A stretch of 64,000 bases of DNA, taken from assembly GCA_951406725.2 (NCBI GenBank), contig OX597837.1:2852001-2916000 (forward strand). Direction: 5' to 3'. Both the position numbers and the translations under genes were made by a program. Below the pieces are notes generated by a model. It had not been told where the DNA came from. It saw nothing but the letters and a program-made list of their open reading frames with translations, and did not search any database. Shown here in pieces: positions 36,094 through 48,893 of this stretch; position 1 is the stretch's first letter, and every line of letters starts with the position of its first letter. This DNA comes from Octopus vulgaris. Taxonomy: Eukaryota.

Positions 36094-38302
36094 AGATATT
36101 TCTTACAGACACAGTAATTATATAAATGTGAAAACAGCAACATGGGTAAAAGACATTTCTTTTAAAAAAGTACTAATTATTTTGCACTGGAAATAAATAA
36201 CAACTTCGTGAAAGAAAAATTTCCATGTCTTGACTTTCATGTAGGGGATAAATACTTCCAAATTGAAATGATCTTTTTTATTGTTGAAAATATCCTTTAA
36301 ATAATTAACTTACAAAACGGGAATAGAAATTACCGCATTTTAACGTGTATAAGGAACTCCCTAATTTGGGGAGAAGGGGTTAAAATTTGAAAAAACAAAA
36401 AAGGTTTTGTAAGGGATTATAAGTTTAAAATATTTTAGTTACAAAGAAATTATTTTTAAAAAATCTGCCGGTCAAAGCGAAAATATCCGATTATAATATT
36501 ATCCATGTATAAGAAACTCCCATATTTCCTGAACCTAATTTTTGATTAAAAAAGGGGCGGAGGTAAAGAATACGTACACCACCTATTTTCGGTGTAACAA
36601 AAACCCTAACCCTAAACACCGGGTGTGCGTATTCTTTACTTTCGCCAAAAGGGGTTCAATATACTACACGTTAAAATACGGTAATTGAAAAGTATATAAT
36701 TATGTTTCTTTATTAGCTACACGGACGGGACAGATTACAAAGTAGAGCTTTTCTTTTTTTGGGGAAAAAAAAATGGGGTAGGTTTTCGATCAAAAGGGAA
36801 AGAAAAAGAAACAAAAACGATCAATAGGGATCGTGTATCACAGAAATGTCAGAATGTAAAGTGTAAAGGGGGAAGCAGATAAGGTTTATCCGTGGAAAGA
36901 AAAGCCTACGTGACGTATCTGTAGTGAGATAGGAAGAGATCTATTTTATTGCTGTGGCTTAGCTTAGTTGTGCTGTGGCAGACTTCAGTCATTCAGAGCT
37001 GGAAGTGTAATAATACTAGTAGTAATTTCCGCTTAGTAATATTGCGTCCCTTATTTGAATAGGTCGGCAATTAGGGATTTGATGCCTTTTAGGAACCACC
37101 AATTACTCGCGGTTCATTTGATGAACATCAACTTCCACTCTGCTTCATATAAACCTCATTGTATATAGTAAGTCATGCGATTTTTCCTTTGTTGTATACA
37201 CATATATTTGGTTCCCTTTCGTATGCAAGATTATTCGGTTAAACTCTTGTGTTTGACCCGAGCAAGAAAAAAAATGCAATAGGTGTAAAAAAAACGTAGT
37301 AAACGAATATGAAAAAAATGCGCGCTGGCGAACGGGAAGGGGGTGACGACTCGGAAAATTCACATCTGGAATGTTCCGAGTCCTCTCACCACTTCGTCGA
37401 CGAAATTTCTTTTCCTTCATATTCGTTTACACCTATTATACTATATTTTTTTTCATTTTTGTGACCGGGTCTCGAAGTGGGGTTACTGGATCGTGTGATT
37501 TATCCGAGTTCGCAGCCCACCCACCCGCATCACAAATGTTTTTTAAAAAATAGTGTACTAGGTGTAAAATAATGTGTAGTTAACGAATATGAAGGGAAAA
37601 AAATGGTTAATGTTTACAACTTGACCCGGAAACGAAAATCAGAAAAAAATAGTGCAACAGGTGTAAAAAAAATGTATAGGAAATGAATATGAAAAAAAAA
37701 TGCGCGCAAAGCAACGCGATGTGGGGAGAGGACCTCGGAAAATTCACAAGATCCGAGTTTCCCCTCATAACTTTTAGGTTTTTTTCAATTTAATTTTATA
37801 TAAAATACCTTTCAAACGGCATACATTACAATTATAAGGTAATTTGTGGAGAAAATCTTGGAGTGGGAAGAATTTCGGAAAATTCCCAAGATCAGAATTT
37901 TTTCTTGTTATATTCCGAAATCACATTCAACTTTCTACAGATACCCTAGGGTAGCACTACTACACTACGTAGCGTTTATTTCTACCCACTTTCAATAATT
38001 TTAATGTTTTGCCTTCAATTTTGTTTCATTTTATTTTCAATTATTTTTACGCTTTTTTAAAACCCTTTCGTCGCTATTCTCATTCACTCGTTATTACTTT
38101 ATAAATATATAGAGAGATAGATGGGGACATACATATTTAAGCATATATATATGTATATATATAAATAGATGAGTGTATTTTTACCTTGTTAACAATTAAC
38201 ACGGAAAAATAAATAAATAGGGCAGCAAAAATCTCACAAGTAAAGGTGTTGTAACTCCTTGTTTATAAAGGTAGAAACTTCGTATTTACGTTGAATATTT
38301 TA

Positions 38303-38356
<54 letters not shown>

Positions 38357-38932
38357 TATATATATATACACACAGACACATATATCCAGTTAGAGGGAAA
38401 AATCGGATCTTGTGAATTTTTCGAAGTCCTCTCCCCACAACTTGGTAAAGATTTTCCCGACAAATTTGTTTATAATCGTAATGTATGCCTTTTGAAAAGT
38501 AAAGCTCAGTTGTTGAGGTGAATGTAGAATTGTAGTAAACTTTCAGTCATATCTCTGCTTTTTAATCATCTTCGATAACTTAATCTGTTTCTCTGTCATT
38601 TCAGAATAACTGATGACATTGGCACTAAAGCTATAGCATCAAAATGTATCAACATTTATTGACAAAAGGAAGATTTTATACAGAAGAACTTACAACTTCA
38701 TTGCAATAAATTTACTGAGAGTTAGTTCTTCTGAGTGAGACATTTCCAATCATTGCCTACAAGGTGCAGGAGATGATTTTATGTTCCATCTCAATTTGGA
38801 CAGATTTTCTAATGAACTTCCTACTGTTTTCCGATGCCAGCAAAGATAACGATTGATGGAAATATTGCAGTATCATCAGTGCAGTAATAAATAGTGAAAA
38901 CAATATCAATATAATTGTTGTGTTAACGAAGA

Positions 38933-40483
38933 ATGGATTTTCCTGAAGAATTACCAAAGGAGGTGAGAAAATCGTCATACCCCTGTGATATCTGTCACAA
39001 GACATTCTCTCTAAAAAGTACCCTTATTAATCATAAAATTATTCACACAGGAGAGAAACCATTTCAGTGTGATATCTGTGATAAATCATTCTCTCGATTA
39101 CAAACCTTAATTAATCACAAGCACATCCATACAGGTGAAAGGCCATATGGATGTGATACCTGTGGTAAATCATTCACTCTAAAAAATCACTTAGAAGATC
39201 ATAAACGTACTCATACAGGTGAAAAACCATATCCTTGTGATATCTGTGGTAAATCATTTGCAGCAAAACGCACATTAACAGCACATAGACGTATCCATTC
39301 AGGAGAGAAAGCAAATAACTGTGATATCTGTGATAAATCATTCACTCAAAAAAGTGACTTAGAAGATCATAAACTTACTCATACAGGTGAAGAACCATAT
39401 CAGTGTGATACCTGTGATAAATCATTCTCTCGAATACAGGCCTTAATTACTCACAAACATATCCATACTAGAGAAAAGCCACGTAAAACCCATGGTAAGT
39501 CATTGACTGTAAGACGTCTCTTGGAAGATCATAAAGATATTCCTACAGGTGGAAAACCATATCAGTGTGATATCTGTGGTGAATCATTCTCTGCAAAACG
39601 CACATTAACTGGACACAGACGTAAACATACAGGTGAGAAAGCGCATAAGTGTGATATTTGCGGTAAATCATTCTCCCGTACAGATCATTTAATTACTCAC
39701 AAACGCATCCATACAGGTGAAAGGCCATATGAATGTAATATCTGTGGTAAATCATTCTCTCTAAGAGGTCACTTAGACAGTCACAAACGTACTCACACAG
39801 GTGAAAAACCATATCATTGTGGTATCTGTGATAAATCATTCTCTTGGACTGATGGCCTAACTCGACACATACGTAGTCACACAGGTGAGAAGCCATATCA
39901 GTGTAACATTTGTGGTGAATCCTTTTCAGACAAAGGTAATTTAGCTAAACACAAGTTTATTCATACAGGTGAGAAGTCATATCGCTGTGATATCTGTGGA
40001 AAATCATTCTTTCAAAAAGTACATTTATATTCTCATATACGTATGCATACGGGAGAGAAACCATATCACTGTGATATCTGTGGAAAATCATTCTCTTATG
40101 GAACGGGATTAACTGTTCACAAACGTATTCACACAGGAGAAAAGCCATACAACTGTGATACCTGTGGTAAATCGTTTTCCCGAAGATCTGGCCTAATTAG
40201 CCATGTATATATTCATATAGGTGAGAAACCATATCACTGTGATATCTGTGGTAAATCATTCTCTCTTAGTACTGTCTTAATTAGACACAAACGTATTCAT
40301 ACAGGTGAGAAGTCATATCACTGTGATACCTGTGGAAAATCATTTTTGCGAAAAGCACATTTACTTTCTCACACACGTATTCATACTGGAGAGAAACCAT
40401 ATCATTGTGATATCTGTGGTAAATCATTCTCTTATGGAAGAGGTTTAACTGTTCACAAACGTATTCACACAGAAGAGCCATAG
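38933..40483 (+). CDS. Poly-C2H2 zinc finger protein (ZNF gene 4), 17 intact plus 1 degenerate finger
   Basis: 516-aa ORF of tandem C2H2 fingers; finger 7 lacks its cysteines but stays in frame. Confidence 0.93.
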   Translation: MDFPEELPKEVRKSSYPCDICHKTFSLKSTLINHKIIHTGEKPFQCDICDKSFSRLQTLINHKHIHTGERPYGCDTCGKSFTLKNHLEDHKRTHTGEKPYPCDICGKSFAAKRTLTAHRRIHSGEKANNCDICDKSFTQKSDLEDHKLTHTGEEPYQCDTCDKSFSRIQALITHKHIHTREKPRKTHGKSLTVRRLLEDHKDIPTGGKPYQCDICGESFSAKRTLTGHRRKHTGEKAHKCDICGKSFSRTDHLITHKRIHTGERPYECNICGKSFSLRGHLDSHKRTHTGEKPYHCGICDKSFSWTDGLTRHIRSHTGEKPYQCNICGESFSDKGNLAKHKFIHTGEKSYRCDICGKSFFQKVHLYSHIRMHTGEKPYHCDICGKSFSYGTGLTVHKRIHTGEKPYNCDTCGKSFSRRSGLISHVYIHIGEKPYHCDICGKSFSLSTVLIRHKRIHTGEKSYHCDTCGKSFLRKAHLLSHTRIHTGEKPYHCDICGKSFSYGRGLTVHKRIHTEEP

Positions 40484-40682
40484 AAGTATGGTAAATCATT
40501 TTCTCAAAGAGCTGGCCTAATTAACCATGTACCTATTCATACAGGTGAGAAGCCATATTACTGTGATAGATCATGCTCTCAAACAGGAGAGATGCCCTAT
40601 CAGTGTGGTATTTGCAGTAAATATTTCTGTGAAAATAGTGATGTAACTAAGCACACTTGCATTCATACAACAGAATATATTT

Positions 40683-41283
40683 ATTTCTTTACTACCCACA
40701 AGGGGTTAAACACAGAGGGGACTAACAAGGACGGAAAAATGGATTAAGTCGATTACATCAACCCCAGTGCATAACTGGTACTTAATTTATCGACCCCCGA
40801 AAGGATGAAAAGCAAAGTTGACCTCGGCAGAATTTGAACTCAGAACACAGCGGCAGACGAAATACCTATTTCTTTACTACCCACAAGGGGCTAAACACAG
40901 AGGGGACTAACAAGGACGGAAAAATGGATTAAGTCGATTACATCAACCCCAGTGCGTAACTGGTACTTAATTTATCGACCCCGAAAGGATGAAAAGCAAA
41001 GTTGACCTCGGCAGAATTTGAACTCAGAACACAGCGGCAGACGAAATACCTATTTCTTTACCACCCACAAGGGGCTAAACACAGAGGGGACAAACAAGGA
41101 CAGACAAACGGATTAAGTCAATTACATCGACCCTAGTGTATAACTGGTACTTAATTTATCGACCCCGAAAGGATGAAAGGCAAAGTCGACCTCAGCGGAA
41201 TTTGAACCCAGAATGTAACGGCAGACGAAATACGGCTATGTATTTCGGCCGGGGTGCTAACGTTTCTGCCAGCTCACCACCTT
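40683..41283 (-). mobile_element. Head-to-tail trimer of a tRNA-derived SINE
   Basis: Three ~183-bp units joined at GACGAAATACCTATTTCTTTA; only one unit retains the tRNA head. Confidence 0.85.
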
Positions 41284-41853
41284 TACAACAGAATATACCA
41301 CTGTAGTATACATGGTACATGATCTATTATATAAAATAGACCTGTGTGTGTATTCACTTTTCCCACAAATTGGCTCCATACATGGGATGCATGAATAATT
41401 TGACCTCAGATACATAATAGGGTCTTCATTTTATTTTTCTATTAAAAATATTGTTTTATATATGATTCACTTCTTTAAAAAGGTTTTTCATCTTTAGCTT
41501 CCACATAGCAGCTACTTAAACAATATTAATTTGCTGCAGGCAGAATTTTCTGTTTTCATTAAAATAGTCTCTCACTCTCTATTTTAATGTTTTCATTCAC
41601 TATTTGCTAACAACTATGATAAATTTCGGAAAGAAATATTTACTAAGCGAGATTTTTTTTTAAATTGAAGTTTTCAAGAAAATTTGCTTTCTGAACTTCT
41701 TTTTATTATTGACTATTTCAAGTTCACAAATTTAAATAAAACAAGATAGTTTTTAACGAGCTTTTATTTATATAATTTTTCATTCATTGTTTGCAATCTT
41801 CTCTCCTCTGTCCAAAAAAATTTGTGAATTCTTTTGCTTGGACCCACATGCTT

Positions 41854-42941
41854 CGTTAATTTCCATAACAGTTTTTTATTTGTAGTCAGTCACACATGTG
41901 TTTTTGTATGTACACTTATATACATTTGTGAGTGTGCATGAAAGAGGGAGAGAGAGTGTGTGTTGTGTAAAGGGTTGTGTTATATATACATACATAAATA
42001 CATATGAATACATCTTTTTTGTATGTGTGCATGTGAAAGAGAGAGAGTGATGTCTAAGTGGTACTCTATCTCACTCATGCACATACACATAGGCGCAGGA
42101 GTGGCTGTGTGGTAAGTAGCTTGATAACCAACCACATGGTTCTGGGTTCAGTCCCACAGCGTGGCATCTTGGGAAAGTGTCTTCTGCTATAGCCCCGGGC
42201 CGACCAATGCCTTGTGAGTGGATTTGGTAGACGGAAACTGAAAGAAACCTGTCGTATATATGTATATATATGTGTGTGTTTGTGTGTCTGTGTTTGTCCC
42301 CCTAGCATTGCTTGACAACCGATACTGGTGTGTTTACGTCCCCGTAACTTAGCGGTTCGGCAAAAGAGACCGATAGAATAAGTCCCGGGTTCGATTTGCT
42401 CGACTAAAGGCGGTGCTCCAGCATGGCCACAGTCAAATGACTGAAACAAGTAAAAGGGTAAAAGAGAGAGATATACAAAAAAGATGTATGCATATTTACG
42501 TATGTACATATATACATTACAAAACACCCCCTTCACTCTCTCTCTTTCTCACACATCCATTTCATATACACATACATCTTTCACTTTAAAACAAAAGTAA
42601 ATAAACATTGTAAAGTATACTAGCCATCTCAATATGGCTAACCACTAGGGGTGGGTGTTACTGTAGCTTTTTAGCCCCAGGAGATCATCGTCTCCAGCTG
42701 GCTTTAGACACAATTTCTGTGCCCTTATGATATTTGCCCTTATCATAAGGGCACAGAAATTGTGTCTAAAGCCAGCTGGAGACGATGATCTCCTGGGGCT
42801 AAAAAGCTACAGTAACACCAACCCCTAGTGGTTAGCCATATTGAGATGGCTAGTATACTTTACGTTGTCGACCGCTTACTGTTTACATCTCGCTCAGAAA
42901 TTTATTATTGCTAAATAAACATTTTTTTATGGAAATTAACG
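41854..42941. mobile_element. (GT/AC)-rich TIR element hosting a SINE (42092-42470) and a palindrome
   Basis: CGTTAATTTCCATAA..TTATGGAAATTAACG termini. Confidence 0.7.
42610..42863. repeat. Near-perfect 254-bp palindrome
   Basis: 123-bp arms (42610-42732 and 42741-42863), one mismatch, 8-nt loop TTTGCCCT. Confidence 0.95.
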
Positions 42942-43159
42942 AACAAAACCAGCTGTTCATTTTGGCATTTCTGCCTGTTCAACTGAAAGAATTAATGCAG
43001 CACCCGGGGTAAGTCTATCCTTGAATTTGTTCTACAGGAATTGTAAAAAGCTGTTGATATTCGTTATTTGTTCCTGTTTAAGTGAAACTGTGCAGATGTT
43101 GGTATCTGAACTGGTTGCAACCATGTTGGGACAAGACACATGTAGATGTGTGTATATAA

Positions 43160-44420
43160 GAAGGGCTGTTAAACATGAAGATTGGAAGAGAATCTTCCCT
43201 ATGTGAATCCAACAAAGGGACCAAGTATCCTAGTTGACAGCAGTACGATAGATAAGGCAATTAAAGGTATGAACACAAGGAAAGCCCCTGGTCCACAAGG
43301 AGTCACTACTGAAATGCTTAAAAATATCTGGTAGAGTAGGATATGGTCTTCTCACCTGCATAGTTGTTCAGGAAGGCATTAGTTCCAGAGACTGGTGTAA
43401 TATCATCATAGCAGCTACAAGGCCTTAGAAGTAATTATGGCAGCATCAAATTGCTGGACCAGGTAAGTTGTGAGAGTTACAGCCTAATTAAGTAGTCTAT
43501 AAAGAATGCAGTGTGGCTTTGTGCCTGGGAGAAGCACCCTGCTGGTTATTTTCAGAGGCAACTGCAAGAGAAGTATTTAGCTAAGAAGCTATTGTACTTG
43601 GCATTTGCTGATCCGGAGAAAGCCTTCAACAGACTGCCTTGCTCTTTAATGTGGTCTTATCTGAAACTAGGGATATATTTCTTTACTACCCACAAGGGGC
43701 TAAACACAGAGGGGACAAACAAGGACAGACAAAGGGATTAAGTCAATTACATCGACCCCAGTGTGTAATTGGTAGTTAATTTATCGACCATGAAAGGTAA
43801 AGTCGACCTCGGCAGAATTTGAAATCAGAACGTAAAGACAGACGAAATACCTATTTCTTTACTACCCACAAGGGGGCTAAACACAGAGAGGACAAACAAA
43901 GGGAATAAGTCGATTGCATCGACCCCAGTGCGTAACTAGTACTTAATTTATCGACCCCAAAAGGATGAAAGGCAAAGTCGACCTCGGCGGAATTTGAACT
44001 TGGAACGTAACGACAGACGAAATACGGCTACGCATCTCGCCTGGCGTGCTAACATTTCTGCCAGTTCACCGCCTAACTAGGAAACTAGGGATAGGTAAAT
44101 GATTTGTGAAAGCAGTACAGGCCAGCTACAGGAATGCAGTTAGTAAGGTAAGATTTAGCTACCATCACCATGATAAATTGAGTATTCAGGTAGGTGTTCA
44201 AGGCTTGGTCCTCAGACCTCCACATATTCATCATCATCTTCCAGGCCATAATAGGAATTTAAGACTGGGTTGCCCAATAGAACTATTGTATATTGATGAT
44301 GTTAGTCTGGTAGCAGAATCTGTAACAACTGGAAAAGAAATACCAGATGTGGAAACAAAACCTAGAATCAAAGGGCCCTAAAATTAACTTAATAAAAGAC
44401 CAAAGTCTTAGAAAGAAAGA
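43160..44420 (+). mobile_element. Degenerate RTE-like LINE RT, interrupted by a SINE dimer at 43676-44073 (minus strand)
   Basis: GKAPGP..EMLK; RQLQEKYLAKK.LYLAF.D.EKAFNR.P; CPIELLYIDD. Confidence 0.75.
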
Positions 44421-45485
44421 AAATGGACAAGATGTATAACATAAGGTATACATCTTTAATGATTCATTTCACTTTACTCTTCGATATAATTTACCTTTCG
44501 CCATACCCACACAATGGTGTCACCGTTATGAAACCAGGATTTTTTATACTTGAAGAATTTCAGCATTGGTTTGAAGCCTGACAATGTTGATAGCCCAAAA
44601 CTCGGGTTGAGCACTTCTCTGGAAATACCCTATCTGTATACCCTACAAGGACCTAAGATAACTTAAGATATATATGCTTATATGTGTAAGTGTGCACGTA
44701 CGTATGTATCGAAACAATGAATGATTATAAAACTCTAAAACGGTTGTTATCAAAGTTTTGTTGCCGAGCAATTAAATCAGAGGAGTGGAATACAGAAAAA
44801 GGATCTTTTCAATCTGAGCGACAGATTTTTTAATTATTATTTTTTTTTAACTAAAAACTTTGAAACTTCGGGTACTGGTAGAATGTGTCACACAGAACAG
44901 GGTTTACTCTTAACGTTTTTGACAAAATTTTTTATTTTTAGAAGTCATTTCGTGTTAAAGTTGTCGTATTTCGGTAATTTCAACCAATCAGTGATGTGTA
45001 TTCAACTGAAGAAAATTACTGCTGCTGTTTGCAAACAACAACTTCTGGGTCCACTCCCCTAACAAAACCCTTCTTTAATAACCAGAGGTGTTTTTATAGC
45101 AACATAGTTTTGCTGTATTAGGGGTCATTTGAGGCTAAATAACAAAATTATTACTGAGACAGACCAACGACGGAGCCTGCTAGAAAAAGTAGCTAGACAG
45201 AAATTTCCGTCTTCAAGAAAAAAAAATGCAAGTTTATATTATTTTATAAGGGAATCCCAATATTTGGAATATGGATACTTGCCATCTTTTATTCTTTCAA
45301 CTTTTTTTAAACTTTAGCTTCATCATTCAGTGAAGAATATTGTTTTAACCACAGGATATCTCTGATTGTAATGGGTCTGTGAGAAAAGGCGTTCCAGCCA
45401 TGACATTTTGTCTTATTCTTTTCTAGAAGTAATGAATTCCTAAGCGAACATTATAGAATAATGTAAACTTGCATTATTATTTTTG

Positions 45486-45635
45486 GCGATCCTTCGGTAT
45501 CGGTACCGGAAGTGGCTTTGTTTACATTTCTGAAGATAACAGAAACCCTTTTCTCCCACCCCTAACCCTCCATATATATATATATAAAAAAAACACTTTC
45601 TTGAAATGTATCCGGTACCTATACCGAAGTTACGC
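45486..45635. mobile_element. Small MITE (family of 1963-2123)
   Basis: GGCGATCCTTCGGTAT..ATACCGAAGTTACGCC. Confidence 0.8.
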
Positions 45636-45934
45636 CTTATTTTTTTTTTTTTTCTTGGAGACGAAAATTTCATTTTTCTTTTTGTCAGGAAGATTTGGTT
45701 GCTCTTTCTAGCAACTCGAGCGACCAGGTAAAGACTCTCTCGTTGCCTCGTCTCGTTCCCTTCGTCTCTTGTTGTTTAGTCCCGAGTTGGATCTGATCGA
45801 ACAGATATGATTAAAGACGTCCCATCTGTGACCATTCCGTCTTTCTTCCCAGACATAATGGACTCTACGTGTATATCTGTCGGTCAGATTGAAAAGATCC
45901 GAAACACCGAATGTCTCCCTTTGACATTGTTGGT

Positions 45935-46145
45935 GTAATATTTGTGATCGAAAGTGCGGCTGGAGACGAAGTCAGCTTCACTCGTTCGTAGTAATAGGTC
46001 AAGGGGTCATTGTTGAAGAAATAAGGAACTCCTGGAATGTCAACTGTAGAATGAGATCGATAAAACACTGGTAAACCTCATTCTAAGAAAATATTCACTT
46101 TGATAAAAACGTATAACATTGGTTAAGTGTTTGCATTTGAAAAAG
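45935..46145 (+). promoter_or_regulatory. Putative promoter and non-coding exon 1 of ZNF gene 5
   Basis: GTAATATTTGTGATCGAAAGTGCGGC (core 45949-45960); donor AAAAG|GTAAGT at 46145/46146; acceptor ends at 48565. Confidence 0.6.
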
Positions 46146-47469
46146 GTAAGTTGATAAATGTTCATTTCAATGGTGTAATAATAATATATGTAAATGATAG
46201 ACCTGTGTTTCACTTGGAGGATAACGTAATTATATTGAAAGGAAAACATGTAACAATTGGGGAAAAAAGCCATCTTTCGTTTCGACTTGCGGAAATATCA
46301 TTGTCGTTCTCTCTCGCTTTCTCTCACGCACGCACATGCACACAAATACAAAATAGATTTATATATAGATATGTATTTAGGTACAAAAAATTCAGGGTGA
46401 ATACTTGATAATTGTAAGCACCTGTATATGCCAGCTAGTGGTATAGGTGATAGGATATATGTATCAAAAGAAAAACAGGACGCAAAGGATTTTGCGGTAC
46501 ATATGTTTCTGGCTTTATTGAACAATTTATATCAGTGCATAATTGATATAACAGGTAGGTCAAAAGCCTTCTTCAGCCGCGTACAATTACCACACCAAAG
46601 ACATGTATTACATTATAGCAGGTTTGAGAAAAAGTTTGGGTAAAAAACGAGTTTCATTGGGAAAGTAAGTCCTCATAGGCGTATATGGCATTGCGAGACA
46701 CCAAAACAAAACGTCCATACCGTTTTTTCACTCGATAAAGAAAATATGTATTTATGTATATGAAAGATAATGGGTGTTTATGTGTGACTGACCACAAAGT
46801 GCTGAACACGGCGCTCGTGCTGCATGTTAAGAACGGACCCTGGCCACTTATACATACATGCAAAAAAATACATGACAACACACACCTTCATCTATTCATT
46901 CATTCATTCTCACACACACACACACACGTTCTTGTCATATACACGTACATACATTTCGCTTCGCATTCTCCTCGCTTTCACTTTCTGCTCTCACTTCAAA
47001 GTAAATATCGCCTTCTACACGTCATGAAAACAAGAGTAAAAAATTTTTATGGAAATTAAGGAACAAAAGCAGCTGATCCAAATGTCAGTTGTGCAAGTCA
47101 AAACGAAGGATGACCGAAAAAGACATTTCTTTCAGAAAACACAGCGACGTCAGTAAAAGATATTTCTTTTAAGAATACTAATTATTTTGGACTGGAAATA
47201 AATAACAAGTTTGTGAAAAAACAATTCGGTCACCAAAACAAACAAAAAAATAAATAAAGTGTAATAGGTGTAAAAAAAAAATGTGTATTAAAAACGAATA
47301 TACAAGGTCCGATTTTTTCCCTCATAACTTTTAGGAAAATGGATATCTTTTATTGAAATTTTATATAAATACCTTTCAAACGGCACAGATTGCGATTATA
47401 AAGAAATTTGAGGAGAAATTTATTTTTCGTTTGAGTAATAGAAAAAGGTTTTAAAAAAATATCCCAACA

Positions 47470-47880
47470 GGCGCAGGAGTGGCTGTGTGGTAAGTAGCTT
47501 GCTAACCAACCACATGGATCCGGGTTCAGTCCCACTGCGTGGCATCTTGGGCAAGTGTCTTTTGCTATGGCCCCGGGCTGACCAATGCCTTGTGAGTGGA
47601 TTTGGTAGACGGAAACTGAAAGAAGCCTGTCGTATATATGTATATATATATATATGTGTTTGTGTGTCTGTGTTTGACCCCCTAGCATTGCTTGACAACC
47701 GATGCTGGTGTGTTTACGTCCCCGTCACTTAGCGGTTCGGCAAACGAGACCGATAGAATATGTACTGGGCTTACAAAGAATAAGTCCCGGGGTCGATTTG
47801 CTCGACTAAAAGGCGGTGCTCCAGCATGGCCGCAGTCAGTTGACTGAAACAAGTAAAAGAGTAAAAAGAGAGTAAAGAGT
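47470..47880 (+). mobile_element. Full-length tRNA-derived SINE
   Basis: GGCGCAGGAGTGGCTGTGTGG head, GGGTTCAGTCCC B-box, (AGTAAAAG)n tail. Confidence 0.85.
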
Positions 47881-48893
47881 GTAGATGTGCTAAAAACAAC
47901 TGCTAAATCGCCCTTAACTTTTTTTTTTCCATAGTGAAACCGTATTCAACACCTTATTTATGAATCTGTTTCTCTCGCCATGACAACAAGAAAAAATGAT
48001 TACAAAAATAGCGATTCTCACTTTGAAAGTAACAATTGTAAAAAAAACGTTTTAGATTACGGAACAGCCTGCTCTCACGTATCCATGATTAAAATTTCAG
48101 CGTGATTGGATGAACAATACTTGAGTTATAAGCACACAAACAGACAGACAGACAGAATGGAATTTGTATATTAAGATATATACATATATATATCCTGGTT
48201 GAAGTGAACTAAAGCAGAATACTAAATGAGGAGAATATCCTGAATATGGACACTGGGAACAATGTACTCGTATGGATTTAGTAAAGAGTTCGGTTCCAAA
48301 TTCTCAGAATGTAACTGAATATCAGAGATGGCCTAAAGATACAATGACTGAAATCACTTGTTCATATATGTATAATCTCTCTTGTTTGTTGTAATATTGG
48401 TATTGTTTCACAACCTGAAGGTGTATCTGTATTTAGTAAATGTGTTAACAAATTCAAAAGTAAAGTTCAGTTGTTGAGGTAAATGTAGAATTGTAGTAAA
48501 CTTTCAGTCATATCTCTGCTTTTTAATCATCTTCAATAACTTAATCTGTTTCTCTGTCATTTCAGAATAACTGATGACATTGGCATTAAAGCTATAGCAT
48601 CAATATGTATCGACATTTATTGACAAAAGGAAGATTTTATACAGAAGAACTTACAACTTCATTGCAATAAATTTACTGAGAGTTAGTTCTTCTGAGTGAG
48701 ACATTTCCAATCATTGCCTACAAGGTGCAGGAGATGATTTTATGTTCCATCTCAATTTGGACAGATTTTCTAATGAACTTCCTACTGTTTTCCGATGCCA
48801 ACAAAGATAACGATTGATGGAAATATTGCAGTATCATCAGTGCAGTAATAAATAGTGAAAACAATATCAATATAATTGTTGTGTTAACGAAGA

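Noticed and set aside
39693-40499. Antisense ORFs over ZNF exons (also 12139, 50008, 59000, 59770)
   Set aside because: Shadow frames produced by the 84-bp finger periodicity
42075-42536. 153-aa ORF and similar SFSFRLPNPLTR ORFs
   Set aside because: Recurrent translation of the antisense strand of a high-copy SINE
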